Assembly (NCBI GenBank): GCA_964342815.1
Contig: CAYFHS010000012.1
Span: 56,600-120,599, forward strand
Direction: 5' to 3'
DNA from: an uncultured archaeon
GTDB taxonomy: Archaea; Thermoplasmatota; Penumbrarchaeia; JASLWR01
DNA length: 64,000 nucleotides
The position numbers and the translations under genes are program-made. Positions 59,114 to 64,000 of the stretch are shown here, in pieces (positions within the stretch are counted from its first letter, which is position 1; each line of letters opens with the position of its first letter). Under the pieces are notes generated by a model. It was given only the letters and a program-made list of their open reading frames with translations. It did not search any database and was not told where the DNA came from.

Positions 59114-59875
59114 TTAATTGTCCTTATAGTACTTAATCAAACTCTCCGGTTCCACACCCATGTGATATAACAAGCGGATGATCCAGTTTCTAAATGTACC
59201 ATACAGCGGCCCTTCCTTTTCCCACCTTCTAGGTGACGATATGACCTTTCGAGGTATTATTTTCATCGAATGACCGCTTTTACGTATACGTTCCATCAGC
59301 TCGAGGTCTTCCATTATAGGGATCTCCCTGAAACTTCCAATATTAATAAAGATTTTTTTACGTATGAAGATGGCCTGGTCCCCATAGGGTATTCCTGTCA
59401 CATTAGAACGATAGTTGGCGAACCTTTCGATCAATTTCAACATGAATTTTTCCGAATCGATCCCAAGCTGGAATGCACCTGCGACATTATCCTCGTCCGC
59501 GAGTGCTTCTTCGATACAGGAAAGTGCGTCGCGGGGGATGATTACATCCGCATGAAGAAACAGGAGAATTTCACCTCTTGCGATCCTGCTGCCTGCATTC
59601 ATCTGTACAGCCCGCCCCTTTTCCGAACCCATAGTTATGACCTCTTCGGATCTGATCAACTCAATGGTATCCTTCTCGGGGCTACCGTCCACTACTATAA
59701 TCTCAGCACTTTCGATGTCATGGATGGTCTGAAGAAAATCGATTATTTTGTTGATATTATCTCCTTCATGTAGGACCGGAATCACGATTGAATATCGGCA
59801 TGTAGTACTTTGAGAATTGTTCTTAAAAGTAAAACCTCCTGATTTCCATGCTTTATCAACTGCTTTGATCATCAA
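59114..59875 (-). CDS. TIGR04283-like GT2 glycosyltransferase
   Basis: SIVIPVLHE, GRAVQMNAG, LLFLHAD, PYGDQAIF, MEDLEL, SPRRW. The start may be further downstream. Confidence 0.9.
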   Translation of the reverse strand: MMIKAVDKAWKSGGFTFKNNSQSTTCRYSIVIPVLHEGDNINKIIDFLQTIHDIESAEIIVVDGSPEKDTIELIRSEEVITMGSEKGRAVQMNAGSRIARGEILLFLHADVIIPRDALSCIEEALADEDNVAGAFQLGIDSEKFMLKLIERFANYRSNVTGIPYGDQAIFIRKKIFINIGSFREIPIMEDLELMERIRKSGHSMKIIPRKVISSPRRWEKEGPLYGTFRNWIIRLLYHMGVEPESLIKYYKDN

Positions 59876-60458
59876 CTATCTTTTTCCCAAACTCATAGGA
59901 TTCGTTCAGTATTTCGGGATAATTCCGAATTTTGCCTTTCTCCTCGATCTTCGGATAAAATAATCCGTTCTGGTAACTCATATCCAAAGCATCGAAAAAG
60001 TAGCGAGCTGTGAGCTTGACGCCATGAAATAGGTTCTTACCCCAGGTTGCTCCCACCGCCAGCAGATACCCTTTTCCGCTATCATATGTCTTCAATCCTT
60101 CGGGATCCTTTGTGAGTTTCCTTCGGTTCCATTCTGCCTGAGACCGGTCTATAAACGCTTTTAGCTGGGAGGGAAATCCATAAAAGAAGATCGACGAAGC
60201 CAATAATATCACGTCGGCATCTTGCAGTTGTGGATATATTTCCTGCATGTCATCCTTGATTATGCAATTACCCGTAGTATCGCACCCAGCGCACTCAGTG
60301 CATCCGGAGATATCGAGATCGCATACCCGTATGGTTTTTATCGCTGCACCATTGTCCACGGCTCCCTTGAGAGCCTCGTCCAGTAGAATCGAACTGTTAC
60401 CGTTCACACGGGGACTTCCGTATATGCCAATAATCTTCAATTTCAATTCAACTCCCAT
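59856..60458 (-). CDS. Iron-sulfur flavoprotein (Isf) / NADPH-dependent FMN reductase family
   Basis: GSPR.NGNS, CTECAGC...C, ASSIFF...SQLKAFIDR. Confidence 0.88.
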   Translation of the reverse strand: MGVELKLKIIGIYGSPRVNGNSSILLDEALKGAVDNGAAIKTIRVCDLDISGCTECAGCDTTGNCIIKDDMQEIYPQLQDADVILLASSIFFYGFPSQLKAFIDRSQAEWNRRKLTKDPEGLKTYDSGKGYLLAVGATWGKNLFHGVKLTARYFFDALDMSYQNGLFYPKIEEKGKIRNYPEILNESYEFGKKIVDDQSS

Positions 60459-60470
60459 TTAATACCGTCA

Positions 60471-61157
60471 TCACAGTTTCACGAATATTCGTTTATTGGC
60501 CCCACATCCCGGACATCTCCAGTTTTTCGGAAGGTCCTCGAAAACCGTCCCCGGATCGATTCCCTGATCGGGGATGCCCCTTGCGGGATCATAGACATAA
60601 CCGCATACTCTGCACTCGTACATCCCGGTTCGATCAATAAGCTTCTCATCTTCTTCCCGGTAATAGGTTGGAGCGTTCTTGGGGGATACTCCTCCCTTTT
60701 TCATGCGGTAATAATCATAGGTCATAGGCGGGTCTTTAATGAGGACCTTTGCATCTTTTATTTTACCAACGAATATCGTGTGCGATCCCACATTCATATT
60801 GTCGATCACTTTCGCTTCCATGTAGGCAACGCAATTTTCCTTGATCAGAGGTGAACCGGTTACTCCAATATTATAATCAACGTTCTCGAACTTGTCCCTA
60901 TCTCTCCCAGAATTGAACCCGAAATTCCGGATGAAATCCATAGGCGTTTTCTTCGATAGTGCGTGAACCGTAAAAACACCGCTTTCTTCGATGAATCCAT
61001 GAGTATAATTATCTTTATTTATACTGACTGCAAGGATCTTTGGGTCCGAGGTAACCTGGAAAATAGCGTTGGCGATCTGTGCATTTGGTCTGGACCCGCT
61101 TCTTGAAGAAATTAAATACAGTCCGTATGATATCTTATGCAATGATCTGGGATCCAT
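60471..61157 (-). CDS. hrb: Flavin reductase-like domain plus rubredoxin (high-molecular-weight rubredoxin, Hrb-like)
   Basis: [20 protein letters not shown]...[19 protein letters not shown]...WRCPGC. Confidence 0.85.
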   Translation of the reverse strand: MDPRSLHKISYGLYLISSRSGSRPNAQIANAIFQVTSDPKILAVSINKDNYTHGFIEESGVFTVHALSKKTPMDFIRNFGFNSGRDRDKFENVDYNIGVTGSPLIKENCVAYMEAKVIDNMNVGSHTIFVGKIKDAKVLIKDPPMTYDYYRMKKGGVSPKNAPTYYREEDEKLIDRTGMYECRVCGYVYDPARGIPDQGIDPGTVFEDLPKNWRCPGCGANKRIFVKL

Positions 61158-61186
61158 ATATTCATCTCTCCTTCGTGCAAATACAG

Positions 61187-61732
61187 TTATTTCGTCATCG
61201 ATATTTTTTCCAGAGCTAATCGGGCGGGTCGATCCAATTCCGAAGCAACCTGATGTGAGGATAAAATCGGGTTCACAGTTTCCGTTCTCTTTGATATAAT
61301 AAGAAGAGTGATCAGAGTCTCATGGGCTGAAATTCCAAGTTTTTCTTTTACCAGATCCGAGTCGTATCCCGCAATAGGGTGCGCTACCAGACCCAGCTCG
61401 GTAGCTCGCAAGAGCAGGAAGGCCGTGGCAATGCCGGTATCGAACAGATAATATTCCCTCTCGTCGATAATACAGTCCACGTCCCTTTGACTGTAAACGG
61501 CAACGATAAGGGATGCCGAATTGGCCCAGGCATTTCCCGGTGATAAAGATAATTTCAATTTTTCAAGAATTTCATCTTCGCGGACGAAAATAAATCTCCA
61601 GGGCTGATTGTTGTAACAAGATGGGGCAAGTTGTGCGGCACTGGCAAGCTCTTTGATCAGCTCATCAGTGACCGTAAAGGGTACGAGGGAACGATAAGCT
61701 CTTCTAGCGTCAATTGCTTCGCTGACTTCCAT
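61187..61732 (-). CDS. Nitroreductase family protein
   Basis: [29 protein letters not shown]. Confidence 0.9.
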   Translation of the reverse strand: MEVSEAIDARRAYRSLVPFTVTDELIKELASAAQLAPSCYNNQPWRFIFVREDEILEKLKLSLSPGNAWANSASLIVAVYSQRDVDCIIDEREYYLFDTGIATAFLLLRATELGLVAHPIAGYDSDLVKEKLGISAHETLITLLIISKRTETVNPILSSHQVASELDRPARLALEKISMTK

Positions 61733-61837
61733 TTTTCCCACTCGCTAAATTAAGACCCGTTGCATCGGGGAATTCAAATTTAGTTTCCCATGGTGATAAG
61801 TACACTTGAGCGATACTTTTACCGGGAACCAATAATA

Positions 61838-62053
61838 TCAACAGGAACTGTGGTCGATAGCCTCTTCGGGACAGGCGGCAACGCATGCGCAGCACTCGAT
61901 GCATTCCGCGATATTGGGCGGCGTTGCCTTTCCGTCAACCAGCTCGTAAACGCTCATTGGACAGACATCCACGCATTCCGAGTGCCCGGCACATTTTTCA
62001 TAGTCGATCTTTATCGTGATCCCTGAATCATTTTCCCACTTCATGACAGTCAT
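61838..62053 (-). CDS. Small ferredoxin (2x[4Fe-4S]-type; first motif atypical, with His)
   Basis: CAGHSECVDVCP and CIECCACVAACP. ATG 62053 follows AAGGAGG. Confidence 0.9.
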   Translation of the reverse strand: MTVMKWENDSGITIKIDYEKCAGHSECVDVCPMSVYELVDGKATPPNIAECIECCACVAACPEEAIDHSSC

Positions 62054-62054
62054 T

Positions 62055-62187
62055 TTATTCCTCCTTAACAATTAATTTTCCAAGCTCAATACCCGTAACT
62101 TTCGCAGATAAAAGCTCATCAGCATCAAGTATATATTTGAGATCCGCCGACCCAATACACGCCAGGTTTGATCTCGACTTTCTTCAT
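62055..62187 (-). pseudogene. fprA: Internally deleted flavodiiron protein (FprA) remnant
   Basis: ATG 62187 reads MKKVEIKPGVYWVG (an FprA-like N-terminus) and stops at 62125. A +1 frame then reads DLKYILDADELLSAKVTGIELGKLIVKEE* (resembling FprA C-termini) to TAA 62055. Confidence 0.7.
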
Positions 62188-62191
62188 GGTA

Positions 62192-62350
62192 TCATTCCTT
62201 AGAAAAGTCTTCCTTGCCGGCGCCGCAGACAGGACAGACCCAATCATCGGGCAAATCCTCGAAAGAGGTTCCCGGAGATATCCCGCCGTCGGGATCTCCA
62301 ACCGAAGGGTCGTAAACATATCCGCACAAATCGCAAACGTAGTTGTCCAT
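62192..62350 (-). CDS. rub: Rubredoxin
   Basis: [37 protein letters not shown] 62350 follows GGAGG. Confidence 0.97.
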   Translation of the reverse strand: MDNYVCDLCGYVYDPSVGDPDGGISPGTSFEDLPDDWVCPVCGAGKEDFSKE

Positions 62351-62388
62351 TTTTGTTGCCTCCTTTTTTTTATCAGTGGTATTTTGAC

Positions 62389-62453
62389 CAGGGGAGGAGA
62401 ACCTCCCCTGACACCCCTCCATTTTTCTTTCTGTACAGGGGGAGTACCCCCTG
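62389..62453. repeat. Two GC-rich hairpins (REP-like) between perR and rubredoxin
   Basis: CAGGGGAGG-AGAA-CCTCCCCTG (62389-62410) and CAGGGGG-AGTA-CCCCCTG (62436-62453). Confidence 0.7.
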
Positions 62454-62532
62454 GAAATAAAGAAAAAAACCATCAGGTTTTAGAAAGGGAGTTCCTATCG
62501 ATTACTATTCATATATTATCGAATTATCTTTC

Positions 62533-62937
62533 TCACTCACTATAGCATGTCTCACACACGCCCTTGAAATAACCGTGGATCTCCTCGATACTGTGCCCGT
62601 CCACCATTTTGCTTTCCTGGTGCTTGCACACGATATCCACGTCGATAATCGAGCCGCATTTCCTGCAGAGAAAATGGTGATGCGGGTCCGTGTGATAATC
62701 ATATCGGTTCTCCGTCTTCGATATGGTCAATTCCTGAATGACCCCTATCTCGCGGAGCTTGTCGAGAGTGTTGTAGACGGTTGTCCGTGACAAGGACGGA
62801 TTTGTGCTTTTAAGGTCGTTGTAAATAGTATCCGCATCGGGGTGAGTACGGTTCTCGTCGAGATATTTCAGAATCGTTAGTCGTTGTGGCGTTATCTTCA
62901 GACCCTTTCCCTTGAGGATACGGACATATTTTTCCAT
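62533..62937 (-). CDS. perR: Fur-family regulator, PerR-like
   Basis: ITPQR, HPDAD, SRTTVYNTL, RYD...HHHFLCRKC, CETC. PerR rather than Fur is inferred from gene context. Confidence 0.8.
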   Translation of the reverse strand: MEKYVRILKGKGLKITPQRLTILKYLDENRTHPDADTIYNDLKSTNPSLSRTTVYNTLDKLREIGVIQELTISKTENRYDYHTDPHHHFLCRKCGSIIDVDIVCKHQESKMVDGHSIEEIHGYFKGVCETCYSE

Positions 62938-62968
62938 AGATTCCCTCCAAAATATTTTCGTTACCAGT

Positions 62969-62983
62969 TTGTAATGATTACCA
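62969..62983. promoter_or_regulatory. Per/Fur-box-like 7-1-7 inverted repeat upstream of perR
   Basis: TTGTAAT-G-ATTACCA, one mismatch from a perfect palindrome, about 30 bp before the ATG. Confidence 0.6.
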
Positions 62984-63220
62984 ATTGGGACATAAACATG
63001 AACGAATATATAATATTTGCTGGTGAATTTTTTAAAGAGGAAAAATTACGCAAATGATGCTAAAAAAACCTGCCTTGTGAAACTTTTTTCAATATTTCTT
63101 TCACTAAGACAATTTTTTCGAGCTATCTTACGACACCTGGCTAAATTTCGATTAATTTCGGTGATTTTCATTATGAAAATTCGATGGTTGAAATTTAAAA
63201 TTTTACCCTAGATAATTGAA

Positions 63221-63240
63221 TCCAAAAACTATAAAGCCTA
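63221..63240 (+). promoter_or_regulatory. Candidate BRE/TATA-like promoter
   Basis: TCCAAAAACTATAAAG about 70 bp upstream of ATG 63306; the same 13-mer occurs at 29619. Confidence 0.35.
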
Positions 63241-63305
63241 GTGTAAAACTTATCATTCTTTAACTGGCTTATTCGCTGTAATTCTTTTTCCCCGACGGTG
63301 TCTCC

Positions 63306-63758
63306 ATGCCCAGCCCATGCCCACACCAAACGTGCAACCCAAGCGACGCCCTTTGGCTACCAAGATTGCATGAAGATGATAATACGCCTCACATGGAAAA
63401 GGGACTTCTTTCGATCCACCACTACTGCAGGAAATGCGGTCTTATCAAGGTGGACGGCGACGGTAGGGGACGAAAAGCCGGTTTCTATATTTCGCTTCTA
63501 TCGGCCTTTTGTGCGTTTCTGAAGCACAACCGTTCGAGCCAAAAGTTGACTAAGGTGGATATACGGCTTATTTGTCAGGAGATCCGAAGCCGTGATATAT
63601 TTGGGGATCCGTATGGAACGCGGCGGACGGCACAGGATAAAATTTTCATCGAGATAGTGTTAGCGAGGAGGAGGGATCTCGACCGAAAGATAGTGAGGGA
63701 ATTCGTGGAGGATTTTAGGATAGGGTGTAAGAAGCGAAAACGGCCCCGATCTACCTGA
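63306..63758 (+). CDS. Conserved archaeal hypothetical protein, probably Zn-binding
   Basis: CPHQTC...WLP...HHYCRKCG...K.DIRLI..EI...F.D.Y. Confidence 0.7.
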   Translation: MPSPCPHQTCNPSDALWLPRLHEDDNTPHMEKGLLSIHHYCRKCGLIKVDGDGRGRKAGFYISLLSAFCAFLKHNRSSQKLTKVDIRLICQEIRSRDIFGDPYGTRRTAQDKIFIEIVLARRRDLDRKIVREFVEDFRIGCKKRKRPRST

Positions 63759-64000
63759 CTTTTCTTGTTAGTCAAGGGAAGGATGATGGAGTGAACGAGG
63801 GTTGAGGTAGTGTGAGGATTGGGGATCGACAATACTGTGTTAGTTATTTTACGATCATTTAGCAAAATAGTATGTCATAAAAGTAAATGCAGCTAAAGCC
63901 AAGTTATATCCCAATTTAATATTCAATACAATCCTTTTTTGATTATAATAGGCCTTGACGCTAAACTCGAATTAGAATAACATTTTTTACTTTTTTTGAT

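Noticed and set aside
1-64000. CRISPR array, tRNA/rRNA, transposase, integrase or prophage genes
   Set aside because: I saw no regularly spaced repeat-spacer units, RNA-gene signatures or recombinase motifs by eye. tRNAscan/Infernal could still find small RNAs.

Overview
A coding-dense 64 kb window, most likely archaeal. The inference is Thermoplasmatota-like, based on TATA-like promoters, GGTGA/GGAGG ribosome-binding sites, an archaeal ArsR-type wHTH, an archaeal TctA/DUF112-like permease, and many PKD/CARDB/Fn3 surface proteins with C-terminal TM anchors. I found no rRNA, tRNA, CRISPR array or recognisable transposase. Layout: (1) 0-33 kb holds adk, rmlC-like and J-domain genes plus large membrane-anchored exoproteins. 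It includes a tightly coupled operon: two Zn-ribbon/TM/OB-fold proteins, a TctA-like permease, a YdjM-like membrane hydrolase and a lamin-tail/phospholipase D exoenzyme. It also holds a phosphohexomutase and a NatAB-like ABC exporter. (2) 33.3-43.2 kb is a minus-strand thiol, Fe-S and oxidative-stress block (arsC, PDO-trxB, FTR-rubredoxin, glutaredoxin, iscU/iscS, DsrE, TusA, rubrerythrin, ferritins, SOR), divergent from an ArsR-PAS regulator. (3) 44.9-52.6 kb holds a HEPN-like gene and two large exoproteins. (4) 52.8-62.9 kb holds a disulfide reductase converging on a PerR-led run: rubredoxin, an internally deleted fprA remnant, ferredoxin, nitroreductase, Hrb and Isf. That run continues into an ArsS radical-SAM/glycosyltransferase module with no arsM in the window. 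The best candidates for undescribed systems are the OB-fold/TctA/YdjM/PLD operon and the PerR-linked ArsS module. All family calls come from motif recognition by eye; no database search was run.
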